Shown here: positions 1 to 10,581 of the stretch, in pieces
Numbering within the stretch: the first letter of the stretch is position 1
Layout: each line of letters starts with the position of its first letter
Made by a program: the position numbers and the translations under genes
NCBI GenBank assembly: GCA_965218425.1
Contig: OZ244621.1
Coordinates: forward strand, 1 to 64,000
From: an uncultured Candidatus Binatia bacterium
GTDB taxonomy: Bacteria > Desulfobacterota > Binatia > UBA9968 > CAXXLF01
Length of the DNA: 64,000 nucleotides
Direction: 5' to 3'
Notes under the pieces: model-generated
Seen by the model: the letters and a program-made list of their open reading frames with translations, nothing else
Told to the model about the DNA's origin: nothing
The model's database searches: none

Positions 1-826
1 ATTGGAGCGTACCAAACGTGGAGCCGCCGCTAAACCTCTTCAAACGCCTCCTTAACTCATAGGCAACATAGGGGATCCATGAAGAGTTCGCTTCAACGAT
101 ACCGAAGCGAAGCTTTGGAAATTTGCCGGGAACGTCGTGGCGTATCAGGGTGTGAAAGGCGTGGATGGCGGAAAGCTGCGAGCGCATGAACTGCCCCAAG
201 GACACGTCCTTCATGGAAGGACGGTCAGGGGTTCCAGTGCCGGTGTGGATGCAAATGGGCATATCGAGGCGCTGCGCCTCCTCATAGAGTGGAAAGAAGT
301 ATGGGTCGGCCGGCCACTTTCCCGCCTCCACGTCCCCTTTCTTCATTACACCGCAGGCACCGTGGTCTTTCGCAAACCGTAATTCCTTGAGGGCCTCATC
401 CATGCTCAAAAGCGGCGGCATACACACCCAACGCAAGCGGCCCCCCGACTCAGCGCAACGGCTTGCCAGCCACCGGTTGTAAGAATGCCTTATTGCTACG
501 GAAACCTCGGGGCGCTGGGTTACTTCCACGATAAACAGGGTGGGGTAGATGACCTGCACATGTGTCCCCATCTCATCCATGGCCCGTAAACGCGCCTGTA
601 TGTCCAGGAGCTCCCGAGTCTCAACGGTTGTGCGTGTCCTTTTGTCGTCCCTGGTGAACCGTAGATGCCGCTGTCCGTCGATCATCCAGTAACGGATGGG
701 AGGCCGCGACGGGTCTAACTTCGCCGGATAGGCAGTGGTGGGCTTGAACTCCATCTCCTCTGTACGCATGTATTCCCAAGTAGCATCGGTTTCGTCGATA
801 TGAGTATCCGCATCTATGATCTGCAC
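1..826 (-). CDS. Amidohydrolase_2 family protein (3' end runs off the window)
   Basis: Not in the ORF track; read manually. AGGAGG RBS, GTG at 826, MQIIDADTHIDE...RLRAMDEMG...YPT...YNRWLA...FFPLYEEAQRLDMPICIHTG...FPKLRFGIVEANSSWIP, open to the window edge. Confidence 0.85.
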   Translation of the reverse strand, partial: MQIIDADTHIDETDATWEYMRTEEMEFKPTTAYPAKLDPSRPPIRYWMIDGQRHLRFTRDDKRTRTTVETRELLDIQARLRAMDEMGTHVQVIYPTLFIVEVTQRPEVSVAIRHSYNRWLASRCAESGGRLRWVCMPPLLSMDEALKELRFAKDHGACGVMKKGDVEAGKWPADPYFFPLYEEAQRLDMPICIHTGTGTPDRPSMKDVSLGQFMRSQLSAIHAFHTLIRHDVPGKFPKLRFGIVEANSSWIPYVAYELRRRLKRFSGGSTFGTLQ

Positions 827-1041
827 GCTTTTGACCTCCTCATGATTTACGGTCAACCCGGGGCAGCGAAAATCCGCCCCGGAATCGAATCCGTTCCAGA
901 AACTATCCGAGAATCATACTCCAAGTCAACCTCCATAATCGTTCACCCATAAATGCCGTTCGGGAAGGCATTTACGCGGCCCCATGGCCGTGGCGGAGCC
1001 CCTAATAGGTCTATTTACCTAGCAATAAAGCTGAAGGGACA

Positions 1042-2030
1042 GATCTGTTGTCAAATAGCGGGTAAAAGATCTAGGCGGCGACCCTGGTTTTTTCGATTCC
1101 AATCCCGTCTCCGTATTTTCTTCCTTCAGCTACCTTCTCCACCCAGTGCGGTGCGTCCAGCTTCCTAAAACTCATTTCCGCAATCATCATTGTCTTCCAG
1201 ATCAAACAGGCGGCATTGACCTGAGATTTAAACCGTCTGGAGGCAGCTGTTCTCAGCCTCACCCTCGAGAAGGGCGACTCATTGCTTGCTCTCCCGCTAG
1301 CCCACTTCCAATGCTAACAACCTCTTGCTCCCATCCCTCATCGCCCCCATCACTACCAATACTAGCGCCGCCTTCTCCTTGCCTATCCCAGCCTTTACAT
1401 CAATCCCATCTGCCCAAAGATATGCTGCCTCCTCTTCCTCCATACCCTGTGCCTCCCACTGCTCGTAGTCCGCCTCCCACTTCTCCTTGAACCGTAAAAG
1501 CCAAAACGCCGATAGCGGTGCCCCTGCTCCCACTAGCCCCCTCAGCCCCAGCTCAAAATCCCCACTGCCCACACCGTGCCAATAAAGCTCCGGCAATAAC
1601 TCCCTGACCTGGCGGCTCTGCCGCTTAAATAACGGCAATACCTGGAAGCTAAATCTCTCCTGCACATTCCTTACCCCAGCCCCTCTTACCTCTACGCTCC
1701 CCATGCTCAACGTGAACCGGCGCGGCTTACCGTAGCCGTTGCGATTCCCAGGCTGTCCCACTTCACTTGCTTTCCCCTCGCTCTTGTTCCTCCCCAACCG
1801 CTCCACTCCTTCCTGCTCCACCACATCCTGTACCCTTTCTCCCCAATCTTCTCCCGGGCAAATGCCTCCATGCATTCGTAAAAAACTCCCTTTGACTCTA
1901 CCAGCCCGCTGTGCTTTCCTATCACCGGCGTATCCTTTCTCTGCCTGTTGCTCCAGGCAGCTTTTCGTTTGGAATTTACCAATGGGTACGCCTACCTGTC
2001 TCCTATTTCCACACTCTTTGATGATAGCTC
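1042..2030 (-). mobile_element. Degenerate IS256-family element (internally deleted transposase)
   Basis: Fragments RNGYGKPR, YLWADGIDVK...RLLALEVG*RES and ESPFSRVRLRT...AACLIWK. Imperfect terminal inverted repeats GATCTGTTGTCAAATAGCGGGTAAA (1042) and GAGCTATCATCAAAGAGTGTGGAAA (reverse, 2030), 17/25 identical. Confidence 0.75.
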
Positions 2031-2257
2031 AATAATTATGGTAATTTGTGAAGTGAGAATGAGGTGGCCTCGTTTTAAAAGGTAAAGCCACGAGCTGAGA
2101 GAAGATCATGGCTAAGAATTGGGCGAAGTGGAAGGTCATTGTATCGATGAATTAGGCCATTTTTCATTCCCATGCCATGAACACTATCATATTGATCAGC
2201 TCCTGAAATGATTTGACATTCAACCTTGAGCTTGATAGTCGCTAGCAGAGAGCCTTA

Positions 2258-2662
2258 ATGATGAAGCCCAAGGATTTCTATTCTAATTATCTCCTGGTAA
2301 CGGCGGCGACCCTGTTAATCATGGGTATTGGAAATTGGATCGTGGGAGCGGTGCAGGTAACCAAATATCAAAATATGATGCGAACTATTTCCAAAACGGG
2401 GCTCGAGGAAAACTATCGAAGCTTTCAAGAGCTGGACCATCGAAAAAACAAAGAGGTACTGAGAAGAATTAATGAGGATAGAGCAAAATACAACACGTCA
2501 CGAGTCAAAATGGATTTCTATTACGTGGTGTCGGGAGGGGGGCGTCTCCTATTTTTTCTGGGTCTGTTTTCGACGTTCCTTGCTTTTATCCGTCTGAGTC
2601 GTCAGGATACGCTATCTAAGATCAAGAGGCTCAACTCGAGACTCCTAAAGAACCACTCTTGA
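2258..2662 (+). CDS. Hypothetical membrane protein (two predicted TM helices)
   Basis: 134 aa ORF with hydrophobic segments near both ends; TTGACA upstream. Confidence 0.65.
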   Translation: MMKPKDFYSNYLLVTAATLLIMGIGNWIVGAVQVTKYQNMMRTISKTGLEENYRSFQELDHRKNKEVLRRINEDRAKYNTSRVKMDFYYVVSGGGRLLFFLGLFSTFLAFIRLSRQDTLSKIKRLNSRLLKNHS

Positions 2663-2686
2663 AGTTAGAAGTCGCTAGGAAAAGGG

Positions 2687-3709
2687 CTATTTGGAGGGTT
2701 TTGATTTCTGGTATTTACGGTAATCGTAGCCAGTGGCCATGGCCAGTAGGAGATCTTCCATTCCACCGTCTTTTTCTCTGCGAAGAATCATGAGCCGATC
2801 AAAGAATTCTTTAAAATCTTTATAGTTTCTTTGACTTTCATCGACCTTGCGTAAATAAAAATCCTTAATTCGAGTGATCGTAAACCGGATCGCTGAAAAA
2901 CGGAGTTCGTTGGGAAAAGAGTCCCACTCCGGCAATGAAAGCGGGCGTAAATTTTCGTATCCAGTTATCAAGGCTTCGAAACGATCGATGCGGTAACGCC
3001 CATCCAGGAAACAAAGCGCGTTAACCGCGGTGGCGAGGTCATAAATCAGCTTTCCCCGACATGTGGCTTCAAAGTCAACGATCCCAACCAACCGTGACCC
3101 TTTGAACTTCACGTTATCGGCAAAAAAATCTCCGTGGATAACGCCTTTCGGTAAATTATTATCTAGATAATTCTCCAGATACGAGACCTCATCGTCCATG
3201 ACTCGAATAATGTTTCTTAGATGGGTGGGGAGATCCTTCCTGAACTCCCGATACATCATCACGATTTTCGGGAAAGCGAATCGATTGTCGATGCCTTTTT
3301 TGTAGCCTCTCCCAATAAGATGTAGATCCGCCAGGGCATGGCCCATTATCTCTAACTGAGCGGGAGTTAACGCATCCACCGACAACTCTGTTCCTTCCAC
3401 GTACTTGCTTACGGACAATTGTTTGGATTGGATTTCGTGATAGTATTTCCCCTTCTTGCTTCGAAGGGGCTGGAGGCAAGGAAACCCCTGCCGCTTCAGA
3501 AACAGGATAAGATCGATTTCCTGTTTCGCTTCCATCTCGCTTTTAATTTCGTCGATCTTTACGAAGAAGCGGCCTTTTTTGGTTTCTAGAAGATAGTGAG
3601 TATTAACGGAGCCGTTGCGAATGCCTGTTGAGGAAATGAGATCGCCAAGTCCAAATTCTTCAGCGATCTGTAAACAATCCTTTTCGCTCAGACGGGTGTA
3701 AATGGCCAT
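2687..3709 (-). CDS. thrB: Homoserine kinase type II (APH phosphotransferase family)
   Basis: MAIYTRLS start, GSVNTHY, LPKGVIHGDFFADNVKF, IVDFE, YDLATAVN motifs. Confidence 0.8.
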   Translation of the reverse strand: MAIYTRLSEKDCLQIAEEFGLGDLISSTGIRNGSVNTHYLLETKKGRFFVKIDEIKSEMEAKQEIDLILFLKRQGFPCLQPLRSKKGKYYHEIQSKQLSVSKYVEGTELSVDALTPAQLEIMGHALADLHLIGRGYKKGIDNRFAFPKIVMMYREFRKDLPTHLRNIIRVMDDEVSYLENYLDNNLPKGVIHGDFFADNVKFKGSRLVGIVDFEATCRGKLIYDLATAVNALCFLDGRYRIDRFEALITGYENLRPLSLPEWDSFPNELRFSAIRFTITRIKDFYLRKVDESQRNYKDFKEFFDRLMILRREKDGGMEDLLLAMATGYDYRKYQKSKPSK

Positions 3710-3857
3710 TTGCTTGGATTTCAGAGGCCTATGGTTTATATTCCTTTCTTGTTGCTCCTTGTAGAAGCATTATAATACTTATTATAAAAACCATGGCATG
3801 TCAATATAAAATTCCTTTTATCTTCATGTGACCTGCCCCCAGGAGTGGTACCACCCT

Positions 3858-4763
3858 TTAAGTTAGAGCCGGAATTATCTGGAGTCCAGCCCATGGGGAT
3901 GAATTCCCAGCCTGCGCTCTGGGCAGAAAGGCCTCCGGTGCCGGAGAACGATAGCCCAGGGCGCTGTGAGGCCGCCGCTGGTTATACTCTCTTCTCCATC
4001 TTTCGATCAGCACCTGAGCTTCCCTCAGGGTTTCAAACACCTCCCGGTTGAGCAGCTCATCCCTGAGTTTTCCGTTAAAACTCTCCACGTAGCCATTCTC
4101 CCAAGGACTGCCAGGCTCGATGTAGAGTGTCCTGACACCAATGGCCTTGAGCCAGTCCCGGATAGCCTGAGCCGTAAACTCGGGGCCATTGTCGGACCGA
4201 AGGGACTGCGGCACGCCCCGTTCCACGAATAGCTCCGCTAACCGTTCCAGCACATCCCGGTGATTCATCCGTCTGGCCACATCAATCGCCAAGCACTCCC
4301 GGGTGTATTCATCCAGGATGCTCAACAGCCGAAAGGCCCGACCGTCTTCGGTTCGCTCGTGCACGAAGTCATAACTCCACACATGGTTTCGATGCGCCGG
4401 TCTCAGGCGAATGCAGGAGCCATCAGTCAACCGGAGCCTCCCTCGCTTAGGCTGACGGCTGAGGACTTTCAGCCCTTCCTGCCTCCAGAGCCTCTCCACT
4501 CGCTTGTGGTTGACCTTCCACCCCTCCCCACGCAGCATGGCCGTAATCCTCCGGTAGCCGTATCGCCCGTATTCGCTGGCCAGCTCCATCATCCGAGCCA
4601 CTAGTCTTGCTTCCTCTTCCGGGATCTCTCGGACTCTTCGTTGCGTCGATCGCGGCTGTCCCAACACTTGGCAAGCCCGGCGTTCGGAGACTCGATCAGG
4701 TCCCAATCTTTCTCTGGCCCATATCACCGCTCGTCTCCTCTTCGCCGGGCCTAGAAGTTTCCC
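3858..4763 (-). CDS. IS3 transposase OrfB (DDE), probably fused to OrfA by -1 frameshift
   Basis: [47 protein letters not shown]. Confidence 0.9.
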   Translation of the reverse strand, partial: GKLLGPAKRRRAVIWARERLGPDRVSERRACQVLGQPRSTQRRVREIPEEEARLVARMMELASEYGRYGYRRITAMLRGEGWKVNHKRVERLWRQEGLKVLSRQPKRGRLRLTDGSCIRLRPAHRNHVWSYDFVHERTEDGRAFRLLSILDEYTRECLAIDVARRMNHRDVLERLAELFVERGVPQSLRSDNGPEFTAQAIRDWLKAIGVRTLYIEPGSPWENGYVESFNGKLRDELLNREVFETLREAQVLIERWRREYNQRRPHSALGYRSPAPEAFLPRAQAGNSSPWAGLQIIPALT

Positions 4764-5029
4764 GAGGACACTTCCTTCAGGATCTGGTTGTCCAGCGATA
4801 GATCCGCCACCAGCTTCTTCAACCGCGCATTCTCCTTGTCCAAGGCCTTGAGCCTCTTGGCCTGATCCATCTTCAGGCCTCCATATTCCTTCCTCCACCG
4901 GTAGTAGGTCTGCACGGTTACCCCCACCTGCTTGCACACCTGGCCCACCGCCTTCCCTTGGGCCAAGCTCACCTCCGCCTCACGCAGCTTGAGGATAATC
5001 TGCTCGGCCGTAAATCGCTTTCTTGCCAT
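4751..5029 (-). CDS. IS3 transposase OrfA (HTH)
   Basis: [12 protein letters not shown]...[18 protein letters not shown] -1 slippery heptamer at 4757-4763 just before the stop. Confidence 0.9.
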   Translation of the reverse strand: MARKRFTAEQIILKLREAEVSLAQGKAVGQVCKQVGVTVQTYYRWRKEYGGLKMDQAKRLKALDKENARLKKLVADLSLDNQILKEVSSGNF

Positions 5030-5163
5030 CCTTGCCTCCTTCCTAAAATCAAAATCCCTAACATTTCACCTGGACTCGTTTTAGGGGGCAAGGTCACATG
5101 CCTTAGGCAAAATCACTGTTTTGTATAATTAAATTGGGGATTTAATGCAACGCCTTTTCTTGC

Positions 5164-5628
5164 CTAAAAGATAGGCGTCAATTCCTTTTCCAGTTCCATG
5201 ATGCTATTGATGGGGTGCACCCCAGGTACATGTTCCCAGGCCTTGAAACCCAGAACTCGCCTTCCCAAGAGCAATGCATAGGTTACCTCTGAATGAGTTC
5301 CGTGGCTTCCCGGAAGAGCAACCACAATATCACCCGACGCCACCACCAACATGTTTCGCCCATGTCCCATACCCGTAGGTATAGTAATGTCCAGAAACGG
5401 ATTGCCGGATTGCCTATCATAGGTAGGTAGAATCCCCACGGTGACACCTCCTGTTTCTTTTGCACCCCGGGCAGCCGCCTCCATAACGCCACCCATGCCT
5501 CCACATACCAACACTCCGCCCTTGGCTCCGACCGCCCTACCAACGGATTCAGCCAAGGCCAATGTTTCACGGTCGGCGCTGGATCCACCTACGACGGTCA
5601 CCTGAACCACTCTCCTTTTTCGATCCAT
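5164..5628 (-). CDS. TIGR00725 / LOG-like (SLOG) protein
   Basis: CGGMGGVMEAAARGAK, TGMGHGRN, GSHGTHSE; RBS AAGGAGAGG before ATG 5628. Confidence 0.85.
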   Translation of the reverse strand: MDRKRRVVQVTVVGGSSADRETLALAESVGRAVGAKGGVLVCGGMGGVMEAAARGAKETGGVTVGILPTYDRQSGNPFLDITIPTGMGHGRNMLVVASGDIVVALPGSHGTHSEVTYALLLGRRVLGFKAWEHVPGVHPINSIMELEKELTPIF

Positions 5629-5755
5629 AGACCTCTCCTTTCCCCCAGTTTTTAGGCCCGCAGCAAACTTTCGCTGCAATGGGAAACCTGTAGACGAAGG
5701 TGAACCGAATCCTCTCGATTTAGCCCAAATGATGATTTAAAAATTTTTCACTAGG

Positions 5756-5783
5756 TTGACTTTTTTCCTAAAGAATCTATTCT
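5756..5783 (+). promoter_or_regulatory. Putative sigma70 promoter of nuoB
   Basis: TTGACT-16 nt-TATTCT. Confidence 0.4.
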
Positions 5784-5795
5784 AGGTAAACTGCC

Positions 5796-6305
5796 GTGGA
5801 CAATAGTCAGATCACAACTACCTCCAAACACGGAGAAGAGAAGCTTCTAGCCGAAGCCGTTGTCGTAACTCGTTTGGACAAGGCCGTAGGATGGGCAAGA
5901 AAGTACTCTATCTTCCCCTATCCGTTTGCCACTGCCTGTTGTGCCATGGAATACATGTCTCTGTCCATGTCTCCTTATGACATTGATCGTTTCGGAGCCC
6001 TTTTACCGCGATTCAGTCCACGACAGGCCGACCTTCTCATGGTCATTGGCACGGTAAATCACAAACTCGCCCCAGTTCTTAAACGTATCTATGAACAGAT
6101 GAGTGAACCCAAGTGGGTGATGGCTTTTGGGGCATGTGCTTCAAGCGGCGGTTTTTACGATAACTACGCCACAGTTCAGGGAATCGACCGAATTATTCCC
6201 ATAGATGTTTATGTTCCGGGCTGTCCGCCAAGGCCGGAAGCCGTACTCGATGGGCTCATGGAGTTGCAGGGCAGGATCGCGAATCAAAAACATCCCTTAG
6301 TCTAG
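5796..6305 (+). CDS. nuoB: NADH-quinone oxidoreductase subunit B (stand-alone copy)
   Basis: TACCAME, SPRQADL, GACASSGG, DVYVPGCPPRPEA (N2 cluster ligands). Confidence 0.92.
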   Translation: MDNSQITTTSKHGEEKLLAEAVVVTRLDKAVGWARKYSIFPYPFATACCAMEYMSLSMSPYDIDRFGALLPRFSPRQADLLMVIGTVNHKLAPVLKRIYEQMSEPKWVMAFGACASSGGFYDNYATVQGIDRIIPIDVYVPGCPPRPEAVLDGLMELQGRIANQKHPLV

Positions 6306-6635
6306 ATGGACACAGAAATGGACAATTCTGATGAGGGTCAGGGGTTAGCGGAGAATTCCGATCTCTTTTATCACGGGGTCATCGTCAAGCTATTTCCCAG
6401 GAACAATATGGGGGTTGTCCGCACCGAGAGCGGGCGGGAAATCACTTTTTCCTATAATCTCGTAATCGTAATTGGTGCAAGCAAAAGCCCCAACGATTTA
6501 AAACAAGGACAAAAGATTGGCTATGACCTCGGGTGGACGGGCAACGGGCTAAAGGTGACGAAGATCAAAGTCTATCCGGATTCTCCGTCCGATGATGGCC
6601 TGAATGAACTAAAGGGGCAAGGAAGTCAAAGCTAA
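6306..6635 (+). CDS. Small cold-shock/OB-fold-like hypothetical protein
   Basis: HGVIVKLFPRNNMGVVRTESGREITF...LKQGQKIGYDL pattern; starts immediately after the nuoB stop. Confidence 0.55.
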   Translation: MDTEMDNSDEGQGLAENSDLFYHGVIVKLFPRNNMGVVRTESGREITFSYNLVIVIGASKSPNDLKQGQKIGYDLGWTGNGLKVTKIKVYPDSPSDDGLNELKGQGSQS

Positions 6636-7439
6636 AAGCTGCCGTCCTAAGATTTCCCCAACCACTACCCCTAACAATGTAATGTAAAATAAACCAGTGG
6701 CCGCCATGGTATTGGGGATCTTCAAGGTCTGCCAGATCATATAGGACAGAGCGAGGGGGCCCACCTGCGATACCAAGAAACGTGCGGCTACGAGCACCAG
6801 ATGATCTCTCCACAGCCGGTGGATGCCAGACACGGTATGAGCATCCCCGGAAACATAGAGCAGGAAAGGTACAATCAAAAGGAAAAGGGTCTGAATCACT
6901 AGAACCACAACGAAAAACTTGAACACCCGACGGAATGGCTCAATACTCTGCCCGGCGTCGATGAGATACCAGTGACCAATGAGCATGCCCACAGTGGCCG
7001 CCCCAAGGAGTAATGCAGAAAGCAGAAAGCTAACTGGGTAAAGAAGGGTTTCAAAGGATAAAAAGGTTGCCTGGTGGAAGCTGAATGAAACCGCCCCAAG
7101 CCCCGCCAACCCAAGTAGAAGCGATGACGAAAAGGTTTGCGCACGAAACCACTGGTGTTCGCGCCATAGGGATAGAAAATATAGGATTAGAAATAGGACA
7201 AAGAACATATAGATGAACAATTCCACCGTGGGCCCTACGCCATCAACGGGAGACGAAGCATTGGGAAGGAGGGCAAGCTTCCCCCAAAGTCCCAATAGAG
7301 CGGCCACCACGAGGACTCCCGCTGTGGATTTATAAAACCCTCTCTCGATTTCGTGAAATGGAGTGACCGCAAGTGCAAAGAGGCCTCCAATGGAAACCTG
7401 CTGCAGGAAAAGTACAAAGCTGAGGGGGTAGGCCTTCAT
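6609..7439 (-). CDS. Polytopic membrane protein (about 8 TM, GMLIGHWYL motif)
   Basis: Strongly hydrophobic ORF directly downstream of menG. Confidence 0.7.
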   Translation of the reverse strand: MKAYPLSFVLFLQQVSIGGLFALAVTPFHEIERGFYKSTAGVLVVAALLGLWGKLALLPNASSPVDGVGPTVELFIYMFFVLFLILYFLSLWREHQWFRAQTFSSSLLLGLAGLGAVSFSFHQATFLSFETLLYPVSFLLSALLLGAATVGMLIGHWYLIDAGQSIEPFRRVFKFFVVVLVIQTLFLLIVPFLLYVSGDAHTVSGIHRLWRDHLVLVAARFLVSQVGPLALSYMIWQTLKIPNTMAATGLFYITLLGVVVGEILGRQLLALTSLPL

Positions 7440-7490
7440 AGATGGCAAGAAAGGATGCCAATAAACGTCACTACAATTGGCAAGATTCCA

Positions 7491-8216
7491 TCACTCTTGG
7501 GATTTCTGTGCGACGTGAAGGCAAACCGCTCCTTTAAGAAACCTTTCGATCCTGATATTCTCAAAGCCTGCCTGTCGGATTAACTCCCCGATGGTCTCTG
7601 GAGTATTAAACCCCCGCACCGAGTCTGAAAGGTAACGGTAGGCAGTGCTATTGCGGGCCAACCCTGCACCGATGCGGGGAACCAACCGATAAAAGTAAAA
7701 TGAGTAGAGGCAGGAAAAAAATCCACTTGTGGGAGGATACATATCCAGGGTTGCAAGTCGCCCCCCCGGCCTTAATAAACGAAAAGATTCCATGAAAAAT
7801 TGCTTCAGGTCTGAGATGTTGCGCAGTACGAAAGCAGTCAAGACAGCCTCGAAGGATTCATTTCCAAAGGGCGCTTGAAGAACGCTACCCAAGACGAAAG
7901 CGATTCTCTCTCCCTGGGCCGCTCTGTCTTTTTTCATTTCGGCACGGCGAAGCATCTCGGCTGAAAAATCCAGCCCGAAAACCCGTCCTTGACTGCCCAA
8001 CTCCTTTGCAGCAGCAAAGGTGGAGTCCCCTGTTCCGCTCCCGAGATCCAGGACAAACTTGGCGGCACCCTTGAGTTCCAGGGCCTTGATGGCTCGTCTG
8101 CGCCAGACCGTGTCCAAATGAAAACTAATAACTCGATTGAGGAAGTCGTAGCGACCGGCAATATCGTCAAAGATTTCCTGCACAAATCTTTCGCGATCAT
8201 TTTTGAGCTGAGGCAT
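7491..8216 (-). CDS. menG: Demethylmenaquinone methyltransferase (UbiE/MenG)
   Basis: FDDIAGRYDFLNRVISF, VLDLGSGTGD, LRN, AYRYLSDSV. Confidence 0.9.
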   Translation of the reverse strand: MPQLKNDRERFVQEIFDDIAGRYDFLNRVISFHLDTVWRRRAIKALELKGAAKFVLDLGSGTGDSTFAAAKELGSQGRVFGLDFSAEMLRRAEMKKDRAAQGERIAFVLGSVLQAPFGNESFEAVLTAFVLRNISDLKQFFMESFRLLRPGGRLATLDMYPPTSGFFSCLYSFYFYRLVPRIGAGLARNSTAYRYLSDSVRGFNTPETIGELIRQAGFENIRIERFLKGAVCLHVAQKSQE

Positions 8217-8254
8217 GAACCTTATGTGAAATTGAAGGGAGAAGAGCGGGAGGG

Positions 8255-9304
8255 CTAAAAATCCCTTTCGACAATAAGCCGAACCAGATCCCTGAGCCCA
8301 TTGTGATGCATTGACGATGGAAGCATTTCCACCGACTTGGATGCCTTGAGTGCATATTGTTTAGAAAACCTCTTGGCTTGCTCAATGGACTTACCCTTAC
8401 TAATGCACTCAATGGCCTTTTGAATGGATTCCTCGGAGGGTTGAGAACACTCGAAGGCCTCCCTCGCCTCCTTTTCATCCTCGCTCAGGGATAGCACTAT
8501 GGGAAGCGACGGATTACCATCCCGGAGGTCCATCCCGGTGGGTTTTCCCAAAAGCTCCTTATGCCCTATGATATCGAGAACATCGTCGATCATCTGGAAA
8601 GCCATCCCCAGGTTAAGACCGTATTGACTCAACAACTCAATGTGAGCCGGTGAAGCACCTGCCAGGTAAGCCCCAAGTTTAGCTCCCGTCTGAAATAAGG
8701 AGGCTGTCTTTCGCTTTATGATTTCAAAGTAATCGAGAATGGTGACTGCCCTGTTTCTGTTAAACGCATTCTGAAGCATTTCGCCTTCCGTCAACTTCGT
8801 GCACGCGTCCGCAGTCCAATGAACCACAGTCTCGTCAAACTTGCCGGCAAACTCGAAAGCTTTAATGAACAAAAAGTCTCCAGCCACTAATGTGGATTTC
8901 AAACCAAACTTCCTGTATGCAGATACTTTACCTCGACGAATCTCTGCGCCATCGATAATGTCATCATGAAGCAAGGTAGCCGTATGGATCAATTCCATGG
9001 AGGCTGCAATTTCCACCACGTCCTGAGTCTTGGTCCCTCCAAAGGTCTTGAAGGCAAGCAGAGTTATCATGGGACGGACCCTTTTGCCGCCGCTATGGAT
9101 GAGATGAGAAGCGATTTCGGTCAAAGCGGATTCCCTGGATTTTATGGATCCCGCAAGGGCTTCCTCCACCCGGTCCAGTTCCTCCGCCACGCAACTAAAT
9201 GGATCAACCGGATCTGGCTGGGGGGGTAACTTTGTGGTTTCTCCTCCAAAACAGGCAGGCATTTGAACGTTTTTTTTCTTGTGCGAGTGCAGACAAGACT
9301 CCAT
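8255..9304 (-). CDS. Polyprenyl diphosphate synthase (IspB/HepT-like)
   Basis: GGKRVRP, LLHDDIID..RRG, KTASLF, FQMIDDVLD, GKPTGMDL; start codon uncertain. Confidence 0.9.
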   Translation of the reverse strand: MESCLHSHKKKNVQMPACFGGETTKLPPQPDPVDPFSCVAEELDRVEEALAGSIKSRESALTEIASHLIHSGGKRVRPMITLLAFKTFGGTKTQDVVEIAASMELIHTATLLHDDIIDGAEIRRGKVSAYRKFGLKSTLVAGDFLFIKAFEFAGKFDETVVHWTADACTKLTEGEMLQNAFNRNRAVTILDYFEIIKRKTASLFQTGAKLGAYLAGASPAHIELLSQYGLNLGMAFQMIDDVLDIIGHKELLGKPTGMDLRDGNPSLPIVLSLSEDEKEAREAFECSQPSEESIQKAIECISKGKSIEQAKRFSKQYALKASKSVEMLPSSMHHNGLRDLVRLIVERDF

Positions 9305-9363
9305 CAGACGGATAAGTCTGTAGAGGGCAAAGTTGGCATATATCCAAAGCTAGGTCAAGACGA

Positions 9364-10453
9364 TGTATTGGGCCACCACATATTGCACTCTTGGGGTCTT
9401 TGCTCCATTAAAAACTGCACCGGCGACTTAAGGTTGAGTCCCCAGTGAGGCCGCTCGCCGTTATACCACAACAGCCACGGGATCAACTCGCGGTTAAAGG
9501 CTGCCGGCTCCACGAGCAGATCCTCATGATAATCGAGAAACTCTTCTTGAAGGGTACGGTTAAACCTCTCCACATGGACATTCATTTTTGGGCTCTTGGG
9601 ATTAAGTATGCCAGTGAATCTTGTCCAGCCTCCTCAGTTCCCCATCAAAGTGCTTCATGAACTCAGAGCCATTGTCTGTGAGCACATATTGAAGCGGATA
9701 GGGAAACACCTCGCTGACTACCCTGTAGACTTCCCTGGCCGCCTCAGAGCCATGGCTGTGGCTCGCCCAGGCAAAACAGAACCGGGAGTAGACATCAGTG
9801 AAGGTGATCCCATACTTCATTAGCCCATCAAGGAACAACTCCACCCTATCGAAGGCCCCGCACTCACCAGGACCGCTCGCTCTAAAACCCTTGGGGTCTC
9901 TTGCCCGCTTCGGCTTGTTGGTTACTCTACGACCGTTAGACCTTATCTTCATGGAAACCGTTCTCATCTTGTCCACAGCCCCAGCTATGATCCGGCCAAT
10001 GCTCCTGGGCTTTGGACACCTCAGATCCTGCCTCTCACACCACGGCTTGAGCGATAGATAGATCTTCTCTTTGCTTAGATTGGGGTGCTCCGTCCTTATG
10101 CGGCCAATCTGTCCAAGCACCAACTGAGGCCAACTACGACTCCTACGCCTATGGGGAGCCTTGCTCTCCTCGTTTAATGCCTCCAGCTTCCCGCCCCCTT
10201 TCATCAGCTGCCCTCTCCAGTAATACAGGGTCCGCCTTTTCACTCCAAAGGCCTCTTCAGTTGCTTCCAACCCCATGCTTGGCCCACAAACTGAGCACCC
10301 GAGCCTTGTGCTTTGCCTTATTACTAACCCTAGTCTCCCAGCGTATGGCATAGTCAGCGAGTCTGGAAAAGCCCCAGATGCGGTAAGAGAAATCCCGGAT
10401 CTGCATCCCAGCTCAACCACCCAGAGTGTGCAAGATGTTTCTGGCCTTATGCA
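9364..10453 (-). mobile_element. Degenerate IS481-family element (two frameshifts)
   Basis: Imperfect inverted ends TGTATTGGGCCACCACATATTGCAC / TGCATAAGGCCAGAAACATCTTGCAC; DDE motifs AFD, TDNGSEF, VERFNRTLQEEF, YNGERPH split across frames. Confidence 0.8.
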
Positions 10454-10581
10454 CCATGAACCTGTTGCATGTTTTTTAGCCTCAGTTTATTATCATGTTT
10501 TGGCTAGATTCGTGCTGTTCGCACTCTTCCCGGTTTTTCGAACCCCCTAGGCGTAGAAAAACAGAAATGTCAGCACGCCGT

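Larger units (their letters stand above)
3829..5096 (-). mobile_element. IS3-family insertion sequence, copy 1 (IS407-like), 1268 bp
   Basis: TG...CA ends (TGACCTGCCCCC / GGGGGCAAGGTCA), 4-bp target duplication CATG at 3825-3828 and 5097-5100, orfA plus orfB. Confidence 0.95.
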
